A stretch of 64,000 nt of DNA from assembly GCA_944383295.1 (NCBI GenBank), contig CALWOW010000039.1, forward strand, positions 10,015 through 74,014. The letters are read 5' to 3'. How positions within the stretch are numbered: the first letter of the stretch is position 1; the number at the start of each line of letters is the position of its first letter. The notes under the pieces were generated by a model. That model made no database searches, was not told where the DNA came from, and saw only the letters and a list, made by a program, of their open reading frames with translations. The position numbers and the translations under genes were made by a program. Positions 36,113 through 46,204 of this stretch are shown piece by piece. Source of the stretch: an uncultured Clostridia bacterium. GTDB lineage: Bacteria; Bacillota; Clostridia; Christensenellales; UBA1242.

Positions 36113-37378
36113 TTAATTAAGTTCATTTATTTGTATTTTGTCTATATTGTCTTTCCCTGGGAAAAAACAATAATGCGTGTAACCGTTTTGTTTTAAAATC
36201 TCTAATTGATGCGATAAGTTCTTTTTTTGTTTTATTGCAGAATAATTACAATCTTTGTTTACACTTTGAATAAATTTTAAAACATCAACAATGCTTTGTT
36301 CTTCTTTGTACAAGACGGCAACAGATTTTTCATTCACGGATATAAGATTATTTTCCATTACTAACAAACAAGTAGGTTCAAATCCTAATCCGTAACCAAC
36401 GGCAGGTACAGATTGACCTGTCATTTTCTCTACCATTTTGTCATATCTTCCGCCACCGCCACACGCACCGCTTAATCCTGGAAGATAAAACTCATACACC
36501 ATACCGGTATAATAATTTTGCCCGCGTACTATGGATATATCAAAAACTGCTTTAAAGCCATTTGTCGCTAATTGATTTACACTATTGATTATATAATCAA
36601 CGCTTTGCACGACTTCAGCACGCACTCCGTGATTAAGTAGCACTGTCTTATAATTTTGGTCGGCACTTTTTATTTGGCTAACAATTTCCATTAATAATTT
36701 AGTTTTATTAGTATCAAAACCCTTTTCTTGCATTTCACTGCAAACGCCGTCAATACCGATTTTGTCTAATTTATCAAGACAAATACAAATTTCTTTTTCT
36801 TCTGATTCTTGAAACCCTACAAACTTGATTAAGTCTGCAAGGATACGTCTATCGTTGATTTTTGCTAAAATTTCTTTAAATCCCAAAGCGCTATAAGTTT
36901 TTGCAGTGGTGTTTATTATATCAATTTCAGCATTGCTAGTAGCATCTCCTAAAATATCAATATCGCATTGCGTAAATTGCCTTGCTCTTCCTAATTGTGG
37001 CCTATCAGCCCTAAATGAATAATCAATTTGAATAGATTTGAAAGGATTTGGTAATTCGCTTTGATTATTCGCAAACATTCTTACCAAAGGAACAGTTTGG
37101 TCATATTTTAAGCCGATATCTACAATATCACGTTCAGTTAAATTAGGCTTTGTTAAATCTAACTTTTCGCCACGCTTTAAGACTTTGTAAATTAGTTTTA
37201 AATTATCGCCACCGTCGCTCCCTAATAGATTATCAATGTCCTCTAATACAGGAGTTCCTATTTGCATATAACCAAAACTTTTATAAGTCTTTAAAATTAT
37301 TGACTTTACCTTTTCCCTAATTGCCATTTCTTTTGGCAAATAATCTTTGGTACCTCTTACGGGTGCATTCTTATTCAT
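36113..37378 (-). CDS. hisS: Histidine--tRNA ligase
   Basis: VRGTKDYLPKE, FRADRPQLGRARQFTQCDIDI (motif 2), VRGQNYYTG, GGGGRYD (motif 3), and a C-terminal anticodon-binding domain. Confidence 0.85.
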   Translation of the reverse strand: MNKNAPVRGTKDYLPKEMAIREKVKSIILKTYKSFGYMQIGTPVLEDIDNLLGSDGGDNLKLIYKVLKRGEKLDLTKPNLTERDIVDIGLKYDQTVPLVRMFANNQSELPNPFKSIQIDYSFRADRPQLGRARQFTQCDIDILGDATSNAEIDIINTTAKTYSALGFKEILAKINDRRILADLIKFVGFQESEEKEICICLDKLDKIGIDGVCSEMQEKGFDTNKTKLLMEIVSQIKSADQNYKTVLLNHGVRAEVVQSVDYIINSVNQLATNGFKAVFDISIVRGQNYYTGMVYEFYLPGLSGACGGGGRYDKMVEKMTGQSVPAVGYGLGFEPTCLLVMENNLISVNEKSVAVLYKEEQSIVDVLKFIQSVNKDCNYSAIKQKKNLSHQLEILKQNGYTHYCFFPGKDNIDKIQINELN

Positions 37379-37393
37379 TGTTATTTCCTTTAA

Positions 37394-38755
37394 CTACATA
37401 ATATAACGACTGATATCATACTTTTTAACAGTCTGTTCTAATTCCTTTATTACAAATTCTTTTGTAATAACAACTTTACTCATTGGGTGATTACCACCTG
37501 CCTCAAAACTAATATCTTCTAGTAAACTTTCTAAAATAGTGTGCAAGCGTCTTGCTCCAATGTTTTCATTGTTTTCATTTTCTAATTCGGCAATACGAGC
37601 AATTTCTTTTAATGCATCTTCTTCAAACTCAAGGTCTATATTATCAACTTTTAACAAATCTGCTTGTTGTTTTGTAATAGCATTTTTAGGTTGAGTTAAA
37701 ATTTTGTAAAACTCTTTTGCTGTCAAATTTTCAAGTTCTACTCTTATAGGGAAACGCCCTTGCAATTCAGGAATTAAATCTTCAACTTTAGCAATATGGA
37801 AAGCACCAGCAGCGATAAACAAAATATAGTCTGTACGAATGATACCGTATTTTGTGCTTACAGTACACCCTTCTACAAAAGGTAAGATGTCACGTTGCAC
37901 ACCTTCACGAGAAACATCGGGTCCATTTCTACCACCGCTAGCTATAGCGATTTTATCTATTTCATCTATAAAGATTATACCCTCTTGCTCTGCTCTACGT
38001 ACACCCTCTTCATTAACGGCATCCATATCAATCAATCTACTTGCTTCATCATTTACCAAATTTTTACGTGCTTGCGCAACCGAAATTTTGCGTAATTTTT
38101 TGCGTTTTGGCAAGAAACCGCTCAACATATCAGTAATATTTGTATCTTGATTGCCTGGTATAATTTCAATGGCTTGTGGAGTGTCAAAAACTTCCATTTC
38201 TATTATTTCGTTATCCAAAGCGCCTGACTCAACTTCTTTTAACAACTTTTCCGCATCTGCTTTTGCTGTATCTTCCACAACGATTTCAACACTTCCATCA
38301 CTCGCTGTATTCGTAGTGGTTTTAGAAGTATTGTTTGATTTACGTTTTAACAAAATATCCCTGATTTTTTTGTTTGCATTATTAGTAGCGGTTGCTTTCA
38401 CTTCTTCAAACTTTTCATCTTTTACTAATCTAATCGCAGTCTCTACTAAATCTCTAATCATACTTTCAACATCACGGCCAACATATCCAACTTCGGTATA
38501 TTTTGTTGCTTCAACTTTTACAAAAGGAGCACGCACTAATTTTGCTAATCTACGAGCAATTTCAGTTTTACCTACACCCGTAGGCCCTTTCATAAGGATA
38601 TTTTTAGGAGTTATTTCTTCACGCACTGCCTCGGGCAATTTACTCCTACGATAACGATTACGCAAAGCAACTGCAACAGCACGTTTTGCTTTGTCTTGTC
38701 CTATAATATATTTGTCCAATTCGTTTACTATTTCTTTTGGTGTCATCAGTTCCAT
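37394..38755 (-). CDS. hslU: ATP-dependent protease ATPase subunit HslU
   Basis: MTPKEIVNELDKYIIGQ, GPTGVGKTEIARRLA, and IIFIDEIDKIA. Confidence 0.96.
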   Translation of the reverse strand: MELMTPKEIVNELDKYIIGQDKAKRAVAVALRNRYRRSKLPEAVREEITPKNILMKGPTGVGKTEIARRLAKLVRAPFVKVEATKYTEVGYVGRDVESMIRDLVETAIRLVKDEKFEEVKATATNNANKKIRDILLKRKSNNTSKTTTNTASDGSVEIVVEDTAKADAEKLLKEVESGALDNEIIEMEVFDTPQAIEIIPGNQDTNITDMLSGFLPKRKKLRKISVAQARKNLVNDEASRLIDMDAVNEEGVRRAEQEGIIFIDEIDKIAIASGGRNGPDVSREGVQRDILPFVEGCTVSTKYGIIRTDYILFIAAGAFHIAKVEDLIPELQGRFPIRVELENLTAKEFYKILTQPKNAITKQQADLLKVDNIDLEFEEDALKEIARIAELENENNENIGARRLHTILESLLEDISFEAGGNHPMSKVVITKEFVIKELEQTVKKYDISRYIM

Positions 38756-38757
38756 AA

Positions 38758-39294
38758 CTATTCCACCTCCTCAAAAAATAAATGTTTGTTTGTGTAAATG
38801 CAGTAATCACTTGCTATCATAAGTGATTTTTCAGCGATATCACGTGCGCTTAACTTTGTGTTTTCATACAAAGCACGAGCAGCACCCAATGCAAAATTAC
38901 TTCCAGAGCCAATTGAAATAAAATCATCATTTGGTCTTGTGACCATACCATCTCCACTAAACACAAACATATTGTCTTTATCTGCAACAATCATCATAAC
39001 TTGAAGGTTGGAACGCATTGCACCAAGGTTTTGCCAACCACTAGACAACTCTACCAAAGCACGTTGCAAATTTCCTGAATATTTGTTTAAATTTTCTTCC
39101 AATAAACGCAAAACGGCAAATGCTTGCGCTACATGGCCAGCAAATCCTACTAGAACTTTATCATTATAAATTTTGTGAAGTTTCTTAACGCCATCTTTAA
39201 AAACAATAGTATCTAATGTTGCTTGACTATCAGCACCAAAAACAGTCTTACCGTTTCTCTTTACAGCAACAATAGTAGTTCCTCTAATTTCCAT
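38758..39294 (-). CDS. hslV: ATP-dependent protease subunit HslV
   Basis: MEIRG-TTIVAVKRNGK (N-terminal Thr after a short propeptide) and GSGSNFALGAARAL. I place the start at the ATG at 39294, 7 nt after AAGGAG. Confidence 0.93.
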   Translation of the reverse strand: MEIRGTTIVAVKRNGKTVFGADSQATLDTIVFKDGVKKLHKIYNDKVLVGFAGHVAQAFAVLRLLEENLNKYSGNLQRALVELSSGWQNLGAMRSNLQVMMIVADKDNMFVFSGDGMVTRPNDDFISIGSGSNFALGAARALYENTKLSARDIAEKSLMIASDYCIYTNKHLFFEEVE

Positions 39295-40582
39295 TTTCAT
39301 TCTCCTTTATCTCGGCTATCTTTTTCAATGAGCGTGCCACATACGCCTTTTTCTTTTCCGCTTTTGGCACGTCAACAGGTCTTAACAATCCCCAATTTAT
39401 GTGCATTGGCTGAAAATTATTCGGGTTACTTGCTTCTAAAAAATTTCCCAAAGCCCCCAAACAAGTGTCAATGCTAAAATTGACAAGTGGTAAATCGTTT
39501 ATATATCTTACCATATTTATACCACAAAGTAAACCACTTGCAATACTTTCAGTATAACCTTCTACTCCAGCAATTTGTCCTGCAAACATAATATTAGGTT
39601 TAGTTTTCAACTGAAAATACCTATTGAGCATTTTAGGTGCATTTATATAAGTATTGCGATGCATTACTCCTAATCGCAACCACTCTGCATTTTTTAATGC
39701 CGGTATCAAACCAAAAACACGCTTTTGTTCCGCAAAGGTTAAATTCGTTTGAAAACCAACTAAATTATATGCTTCGCCCTCAAAATTTTCTTTACGCAAC
39801 TGAACAACAGCATAAGGTTTATGTCCATCAAAAACAATGCCATCAGGTTTAAGTGGTCCACAACGCAAAACATCGACACCTCTTTTTGCCATTATTTCGA
39901 CAGGTAAACAACCTTCGAAATTAATTTCTTGCTCAAAATCGTGCAATTCAACACGCTTTGCTGTTGTTAATTGTTCCCAAAAGTTTAAATATTCTTCCTT
40001 ATTCATTGGACAATTTAGATATTCACCTTGTCCTTGTTCTCCAAATCTATTTTGGAAAAAAGCAAAATTGTAATCTATGCTGTCCGCTGACACGATTGGG
40101 GCAACAGCATCATAAAAATACAATTTGTCACCTGTTAACTGTTGTAAAAAAGTCGACAGTTTATCCGAACACAGTGGACCAGCACAAACAATAGTTGGTT
40201 GCTCCAAATCAAAACTTTCTACTTCTTTATTAATTATATTTATATTTTTGTTTGATTGTAGTTTTTCTGTCACTAACCTAGCAAATGAGTTTCGGTCAAC
40301 AGTTAAAGTATTTGCAGAAGGTATTTTTGTGGTATCTGCACATTCAAGCAAAAAACTATTCATTTCTCTCAATTCTGCTTTTAATAAACCTGTTGCAAAA
40401 TCTAATGTATCAGATTTTAAAGAATTTGAACATACAAGTTCAGCAAAATTTGGATTTTTATGAGCGGGCGTAAATTTTGTAGGTTTCATCTCTATTAAAT
40501 CCACCATTACGCCCCGTTTTGCTAACTGCCAAGACGCTTCCGCCCCCGCAAGACCTGCACCAATTACTGTTACTTTCTTCAA
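39284..40582 (-). CDS. trmFO: Methylenetetrahydrofolate--tRNA-(uracil54-C5)-methyltransferase TrmFO
   Basis: VTVIGAGLAGAEASWQLAKRG FAD fold with TrmFO colinearity. I propose a TTG start at 40582 (AAGGAA 7 nt upstream), which gives (M)KKVTVIGAG. The tracked TTG at 40603 would overlap topA by 17 nt. Confidence 0.88.
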   Translation of the reverse strand: MKKVTVIGAGLAGAEASWQLAKRGVMVDLIEMKPTKFTPAHKNPNFAELVCSNSLKSDTLDFATGLLKAELREMNSFLLECADTTKIPSANTLTVDRNSFARLVTEKLQSNKNINIINKEVESFDLEQPTIVCAGPLCSDKLSTFLQQLTGDKLYFYDAVAPIVSADSIDYNFAFFQNRFGEQGQGEYLNCPMNKEEYLNFWEQLTTAKRVELHDFEQEINFEGCLPVEIMAKRGVDVLRCGPLKPDGIVFDGHKPYAVVQLRKENFEGEAYNLVGFQTNLTFAEQKRVFGLIPALKNAEWLRLGVMHRNTYINAPKMLNRYFQLKTKPNIMFAGQIAGVEGYTESIASGLLCGINMVRYINDLPLVNFSIDTCLGALGNFLEASNPNNFQPMHINWGLLRPVDVPKAEKKKAYVARSLKKIAEIKENENGN

Positions 40583-40586
40583 ATTG

Positions 40587-42944
40587 TTATTCCTTTTTTT
40601 CAATTATCTTTTCATAAGAGCAATTAGGATTTGCGCAATAATCCTTTATCTCATCTTTGCCATTTTTACGTAAAATTGAATTTCCGCAAGTTGGACATAG
40701 TTCGCCTGTTGGGGCATCTTTAAATATCATATTGCAAGTAGGATACCCTGAGCAACCGTAGAAAATATCACCTTTTTTATTTCTCTTTTCAACCACTTCC
40801 TTGCCACACAAAGGACATTTGCCCACGGTTTTATTTACAGATACAATATTTTTGCATTTTGGGTAATTGCTACAAGCCAAAAATTTACCATACTTTCCAA
40901 CACGCTCTACCATTTTGTGCCCACACTTTTCACAAATTTGGTCCGTTTCAACAACTGCGTTGTTTTCACCTAAATTCTTTTTAAAGGCGCATTCTGGATA
41001 ATTACTGCAAGCCATAAACTTTCCGTATTTACCGACTTTGATTACAAGTTTATTGCCACATTCTGGACAAATTTCATCAGTTTCTTCCTCTACTCCCTCA
41101 TTCTCACCAGCGATATTTTTAATGTTTTTACAACTTGGATAATTACTGCAAGCCATAAACTTACCATATTTACCTTGCCTAATAACCATTTTGCTACCAC
41201 ATTTTTCGCAAATCTCATCAGTTTCTTCCACAAGCGTTTTTAATGCTTCATTTGCGTTATCCAATTCTTTTTTAAATCCTGTATAAAAATTGGATATAAC
41301 ATTATGCCATTCCTTTTTACCATTTGCTATCTCATCAAGGTCATCTTCCATATTTGCAGTAAAAGCAACATCCATAATTTCAGGGAAATATTGGACAAGT
41401 AAATCGGTAACAGAACAACCTAATTCTGTTGGCTTTATGTACCTACCTTCATTCTCGGTATATTTTCTATTAAACAAAACTGTAATTGTAGGAGTATAAG
41501 TAGCAGGTCGCCCTATTCCTCGTTCTTCCATAGTCTTAACCAAACTTGCTTCGGTAAAACGAGCAGGTGGCTTTGTAAACTTTTGGTCAGTTTTTAGTCC
41601 TAATAAATCTAGCAACTCACCTTCATTTAATTCTGGTATATTACTAATTGTTTCAGCATCTTCTTTATCTTTTGGTACATACTCTTGATATAAAACTGTA
41701 TAACCTGCAAAAATAGGAGTATGTCCTGTTGCTCTAAAAGTATATTTATCAACATCAATATCTAAAGATACTGAATTGTAAGTAGCATCAGTCATTTGAC
41801 TTGCTAAAAATCTTTCATAAATCAATTTGTAAAGCTTATAGTTATCATCAGTCAAACTTCCCTTTACATCTTCTGGCTTCAAATCAATATAAATAGGTCT
41901 TATTGCCTCGTGGGCATCTTGCGCAGACTTTTTAGATTTATATATATTAGGTTTTTCGGGACAATACTTTGGTCCATATTTTGAAACTATGTAATCTCGT
42001 GCTAATTTTTGCGCTTCTGGTGAAACACGCACAGAGTCGGTACGAATATATGTAACTAATGCAGTTTTGCCTCGACCTTCAATCTCTACACCTTCATAAA
42101 GATTTTGCGCCGCTAGTGTTGTGCGTTTTAGTGTCATACCTAATTTATTAAGCGCATCTTGTTGCATTGTACTAGTTATATATGGAGCAGGTGGATGAGA
42201 TTTTGTAACACTTTTTTTAATGCTAGTTACTTTCCAATCTTTATTTGCAACATCACTTAAAAATTCATCTTTTTCTTGAGCGTTTTTAAGCTTTATTTTT
42301 TTACCATCTTTCTTTAATAAAGATGCGTTAAACTGTTTATCAACTTGACCTATTTTTGAAAGATTTGCTGTTATAGCCCACCATTCTTCTGGCTTAAAGT
42401 TTATGATTTCTCGTTCTCTATCAACTACTAATTTCAAAGTTACAGACTGGACACGCCCTGCACTTAATTTTGGTTGTATCTTTTTACTAATAATAGGCGA
42501 AAGTTTATAACCAACTATACGGTCCAAAACTCTACGTGCTTGTTGAGCATTTACCAACCTTTCATCAATTCCACGTGGCTGTTGAATGGCGTGCTGGACT
42601 GCATCTTTTGAAATTTCATTAAATTCAATACGAATATTATCGTTTGGATTTAATCCCAAAACATTAGCAACATGCCACGATATCGCTTCTCCTTCTCTAT
42701 CAGGGTCGGTTGCGAGCAAGATTTGTTGCGCTTTTGAAGCAGTCTCTTTTAACGAACTAATTACTTCCTTTTTATCAGTCATAATTTCGTATTTAGGTTC
42801 AAAATTATTGTTCAAATCTACACCAAAGCCGTGAACAGGTAAATCACGAACATGGCCTTTTGTTGCAAAGACTTCATAATCATTTCCTAAATACTTCTTA
42901 ATAGTGGCTCGTTTACCCGGACCTTCAATAACTACTAATTTCAT
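40587..42944 (-). CDS. topA: DNA topoisomerase I with five C-terminal zinc ribbons
   Basis: Toprim N-terminus (KLVVIEGPGKRATIKKYLG, LATDPDREGEAISWH), an active-site region, and five Cx2C...Cx(2-5)C ribbons at the C-terminus. Confidence 0.96.
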   Translation of the reverse strand: MKLVVIEGPGKRATIKKYLGNDYEVFATKGHVRDLPVHGFGVDLNNNFEPKYEIMTDKKEVISSLKETASKAQQILLATDPDREGEAISWHVANVLGLNPNDNIRIEFNEISKDAVQHAIQQPRGIDERLVNAQQARRVLDRIVGYKLSPIISKKIQPKLSAGRVQSVTLKLVVDREREIINFKPEEWWAITANLSKIGQVDKQFNASLLKKDGKKIKLKNAQEKDEFLSDVANKDWKVTSIKKSVTKSHPPAPYITSTMQQDALNKLGMTLKRTTLAAQNLYEGVEIEGRGKTALVTYIRTDSVRVSPEAQKLARDYIVSKYGPKYCPEKPNIYKSKKSAQDAHEAIRPIYIDLKPEDVKGSLTDDNYKLYKLIYERFLASQMTDATYNSVSLDIDVDKYTFRATGHTPIFAGYTVLYQEYVPKDKEDAETISNIPELNEGELLDLLGLKTDQKFTKPPARFTEASLVKTMEERGIGRPATYTPTITVLFNRKYTENEGRYIKPTELGCSVTDLLVQYFPEIMDVAFTANMEDDLDEIANGKKEWHNVISNFYTGFKKELDNANEALKTLVEETDEICEKCGSKMVIRQGKYGKFMACSNYPSCKNIKNIAGENEGVEEETDEICPECGNKLVIKVGKYGKFMACSNYPECAFKKNLGENNAVVETDQICEKCGHKMVERVGKYGKFLACSNYPKCKNIVSVNKTVGKCPLCGKEVVEKRNKKGDIFYGCSGYPTCNMIFKDAPTGELCPTCGNSILRKNGKDEIKDYCANPNCSYEKIIEKKE
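40857..41231 (-). repeat. Intragenic tandem repeat units encoding topA zinc ribbons
   Basis: Units at about 41131..41231 and 40989..41090 share long near-identical strings (GGATAATTACTGCAAGCCATAAACTT.CC.TATTTACC ... CATCAGTTTCTTCC). A third, more diverged unit lies at about 40857..40950. Confidence 0.7.
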
Positions 42945-43039
42945 CTAATCCTCCAATTTTAGTCGCTTTTATCTGCTAACAATAAACTTTATAACTGAAA
43001 ACCCTATAAATAGGAATAAAAGCATCTCATACATTTTAT

Positions 43040-44140
43040 CTAATTTTTCACTCCGTAATAATTACTTGGTAACTTCTTTATTAAACCACGAATTTCCATT
43101 GTTGTCAACAGTCCAATTAATTTTTTTGCATCTAAATTCGTTTTTTCTAATATTTCGTCAAAATGTTTATCTTCAGTACTAACAAATTCCAAAATCATCA
43201 GTTCTTCAGGTTTTAAGGTAAATTTGACATCAAATTTAGCCTGTTTAGATGCGGTTTTATCACAATTTTGATAATTTTTGCTCATTGTTTCAATTATTTC
43301 TTCGGGGCGTGTTACACAACAACTATAAAATTGCTTTATCAAATGATTTGTACCTTCACTTGCGCTACTATTACAATTACCAGGCAGTGCAAAGATATCT
43401 TTGCCCATGTCTAAAGCAAAATTTACAGTATAGAGTGCCCCACTGTCTTTACCTGCTTCCGTAACTAATATACCATCAGATAACCCTGCAATAATTCTAT
43501 TGCGTTGTACGAATGTATATTTTTTAGGAAAAACATCTGGCGCTTTTTCCGAAAGAATTAAGCCATCGTTTTGCACTATATCACGTGCTAATTGCACATT
43601 AATCGCTGGATAAATATTGTCTAGTCCACCAGCAAGCACACCTATCGCCTTCCCTTTTATCTTCATAACGCCTTGATGAGCGTGCCCATCTATTCCTTCC
43701 GCAAGTCCACTTACGATAGTCATACCTGCTTTGCTAATTGCTTCTGCAAACCTTTCAGTTTGTTCTTTACCATAGCGAGTACAAACCCTTGAACCTACTA
43801 TTCCAAAACAACGAGAGTTTAACAAACTTATATTTCCTATATAATACAACAAAAAAGGTGGAATATCAATATTCTTTAATTTTTCAGGATAATCGGGACT
43901 ATTTATAGTAATATACTTAATTTTTGAGTTTTGCAACTTTTCTAGCATTTTGTCTAGTTTCCCACTAGTGCGAATTGTCATTAATTCTTGAAATTCATTG
44001 CCGTCCAAAAACTGCATAATGTGTGCATTATATCGTGTTGTATTCCACAAATCTTCCAAATTTTGATAAGACAATGCCAAATCGTATAGTTTTTTAACAG
44101 GCATATCACTCATAGACAGCCAAATAAATACTTTATCCAT
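43040..44140 (-). CDS. dprA: DNA processing protein DprA (Smf)
   Basis: Rossmann-like core IVGSRVCTRYGKEQT...SGLAEGIDGHAHQG and a C-terminal winged-helix-like tail. Lies upstream of topA, as in Bacillus. Confidence 0.92.
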   Translation of the reverse strand: MDKVFIWLSMSDMPVKKLYDLALSYQNLEDLWNTTRYNAHIMQFLDGNEFQELMTIRTSGKLDKMLEKLQNSKIKYITINSPDYPEKLKNIDIPPFLLYYIGNISLLNSRCFGIVGSRVCTRYGKEQTERFAEAISKAGMTIVSGLAEGIDGHAHQGVMKIKGKAIGVLAGGLDNIYPAINVQLARDIVQNDGLILSEKAPDVFPKKYTFVQRNRIIAGLSDGILVTEAGKDSGALYTVNFALDMGKDIFALPGNCNSSASEGTNHLIKQFYSCCVTRPEEIIETMSKNYQNCDKTASKQAKFDVKFTLKPEELMILEFVSTEDKHFDEILEKTNLDAKKLIGLLTTMEIRGLIKKLPSNYYGVKN

Positions 44141-44143
44141 AAA

Positions 44144-45679
44144 TTACATCCAATATTTTTTATCTAGCGCACGGTAACCAATCGCTTCAGCCAAATGATA
44201 CAACTCAATATTTTCGCTTCCTTCCAAATCTGCGATTGTTCGAGCAACTTTTAATATTCTATTATGCGCACGAGCTGAAAGATTTAACTGTTCAAATGCT
44301 TGTTTTATCAACTCATTACACTCATCATCTAAATGACAAAACTGATTTACTTGTTGTTTATCCATACCTGCATTGCAAGTTGTTTTAGTACCTGCAAATC
44401 TTTTTGTTTGGATAGCACGTGCTTTGTTTACTCTTTCTCTTATGGTTGCGCTTGTTTCTTCTTGACTGCAATTTGAATTTAATTCATCAAAAGTTATACC
44501 ATCGACTTCAACGTGCAAATCAATTCTATCCATCAAAGGTCCACTCAATTTACCTAAATAATTATGTATTTGCGTAGGAGAACATCGACATTCACGAGTC
44601 TTTGAACCATAATTTCCACACGGACAAGGGTTCATACTAGTTACCAACATAAATTTTGCAGGATACTCAACGGTGTTTTGCAATCTAGCGACTGTAATTA
44701 CACCATCTTCAAGTGGCTGACGCAAAGTTTCTATTGTTTTTCTATTATATTCTGGCAATTCATCAAGAAATAAAACTCCATTATGCGCAAGACTAACTTC
44801 ACCGGGTCTTGCTTTTGCCCCGCCACCTGTCAATGTTACATCTGTTGTTGTATGGTGCGGAGAACGAAATGGTCGTTTCCAAACGATACCATCTTTTGCA
44901 TCTAAAATACCAGCAACACTATGAATTTTTGTAACTTCTAGCGCTTCATCAAAAGTCATTGTAGGTAAAATCGAAGGAAGGCATCTTGCTAGCATTGTTT
45001 TCCCCGCTCCCGGTGGGCCTATCATCATAATGTTATGCCCACCCGCAGCGGCAATTTCCATTGCACGCTTTGCTGCTCTTTGCCCTTTTACATAACAAAA
45101 ATCATTTTCGTCATCGTTATAAACTTGCATATCTTCGAAATTTCTTTTCTCTACAGGAGCAATATTTATCGTACCATTTAGAAATTGCACTAATTGAGTT
45201 AAAGATTTTATAGGGTAAACATCAATGCCTTCTATAAAACTTCCTTCTTGCGCATTTTCTGCTGGAATAAATACCTTTTTATGTCCTAGCGAACGTGCCG
45301 AAATCAGCAACGGCAACACACCATTTGCTTTTCGTGTTGAGCCGTCTAAACTCAATTCGCCTATAAATGTACAATCTTTTATATAGTCACATTTTATTTC
45401 ATCGGTACAAACTAAAAGACTAACAGCAATTGGCAAATCGTATAAAGGGCCTTCCTTCTTTAAATCCGCAGGAGCAAGATTTACCGTCAATTTTAACATT
45501 GGAAATTTCAAGCAAGAATTTTTAATAGCACTGCGAATTCGCTCTTTACTTTCTTTGATAGCGGTATCAGGTAAACCTACTATATCGAATTTTGGTAAAC
45601 CATTATTAACATCTGTTTCAACTACCAATTCGAAGCCCTTTATCCCTATTAATCCTAATGTTTTAATCTTTGCTAACAT
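44144..45679 (-). CDS. comM: YifB/ComM family Mg-chelatase-like ATPase
   Basis: Lon-like N-domain followed by an AAA+ domain (MMIGPPGAGKTMLA, VLFLDELPEY). I place the start at the ATG at 45679, 5 nt after GGAGAG. Confidence 0.9.
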   Translation of the reverse strand: MLAKIKTLGLIGIKGFELVVETDVNNGLPKFDIVGLPDTAIKESKERIRSAIKNSCLKFPMLKLTVNLAPADLKKEGPLYDLPIAVSLLVCTDEIKCDYIKDCTFIGELSLDGSTRKANGVLPLLISARSLGHKKVFIPAENAQEGSFIEGIDVYPIKSLTQLVQFLNGTINIAPVEKRNFEDMQVYNDDENDFCYVKGQRAAKRAMEIAAAGGHNIMMIGPPGAGKTMLARCLPSILPTMTFDEALEVTKIHSVAGILDAKDGIVWKRPFRSPHHTTTDVTLTGGGAKARPGEVSLAHNGVLFLDELPEYNRKTIETLRQPLEDGVITVARLQNTVEYPAKFMLVTSMNPCPCGNYGSKTRECRCSPTQIHNYLGKLSGPLMDRIDLHVEVDGITFDELNSNCSQEETSATIRERVNKARAIQTKRFAGTKTTCNAGMDKQQVNQFCHLDDECNELIKQAFEQLNLSARAHNRILKVARTIADLEGSENIELYHLAEAIGYRALDKKYWM

Positions 45680-45882
45680 TTCCACTCTCCAAAAAACATT
45701 TATACTATTCTAGCAAATTTTGACTAAATTTGGCAAATGTTTTTCCATAAACTATTTTTGAGTTAAAATTTATTCTAAAATATTAGTTGGGTACATAATA
45801 TAATTTAAAAAACTGCTTGACAAAACTGTTTGTTTATGGCAATATTAATTAAATATTTTTTACGCAAAGGTGGTGAGAAGCA

Positions 45883-46059
45883 ATGACAATGGTAGTAGTT
45901 GGAAAAGATGAGTCAATCGACAGCGCATTGAAAAGATTTAAGCGCAAATGTCAAAAAGATGGCATCATCGGCGACTTACGTAAGCACGAAGCATACGAAA
46001 AGCCTAGCGTAAAACGTAAAAGAAAAAGCGAAGCTGCTCGCAAACGCAACCGTAAATAA
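45883..46059 (+). CDS. rpsU: 30S ribosomal protein S21 (below the ORF-track length cutoff)
   Basis: My hand translation gives [72 protein letters not shown] lies upstream. Confidence 0.93.
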   Translation: MTMVVVGKDESIDSALKRFKRKCQKDGIIGDLRKHEAYEKPSVKRKRKSEAARKRNRK

Positions 46060-46068
46060 TAAAATTTA

Positions 46069-46099
46069 AAACCGCTTAAATTTAGCGGTTTTTATTTTT
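46069..46099 (+). terminator. Intrinsic terminator after rpsU
   Basis: AAACCGCU-UAAAUUU-AGCGGUUU followed by UUUAUUUUU. Confidence 0.8.
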
Positions 46100-46103
46100 A
46101 AAC

Positions 46104-46128
46104 AAAAAAGACCAAACGGTCTTTTTTT
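46104..46128. terminator. Symmetric terminator hairpin (serves yebC on the minus strand)
   Basis: AAAAAGACC-AAAC-GGUCUUUUUUU, with an A-run and a T-run flanking. Confidence 0.7.
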
Positions 46129-46204
46129 ATGTGATATACATTTTAGTGTAGGTTAAAAAGCGTTTATCAAGCTTGCGTGCTTTTCAACCTGTGCAAAATG
46201 TCAA

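Noticed and set aside
38151-38654. 167-aa plus-strand ORF antisense to hslU (also 37839..38150 and 37895..38095)
   Set aside because: It lies entirely within the HslU coding region on the opposite strand. It has no RBS and no recognisable motifs, so I treat it as a shadow ORF.
45686-45882. 197-nt divergent intergenic region between comM and rpsU, considered as a possible small RNA or riboswitch
   Set aside because: I could see only promoter-like hexamers (a TTGACA on the plus strand) and the rpsU RBS, with no conserved-looking structure. I cannot exclude a small RNA without expression data.
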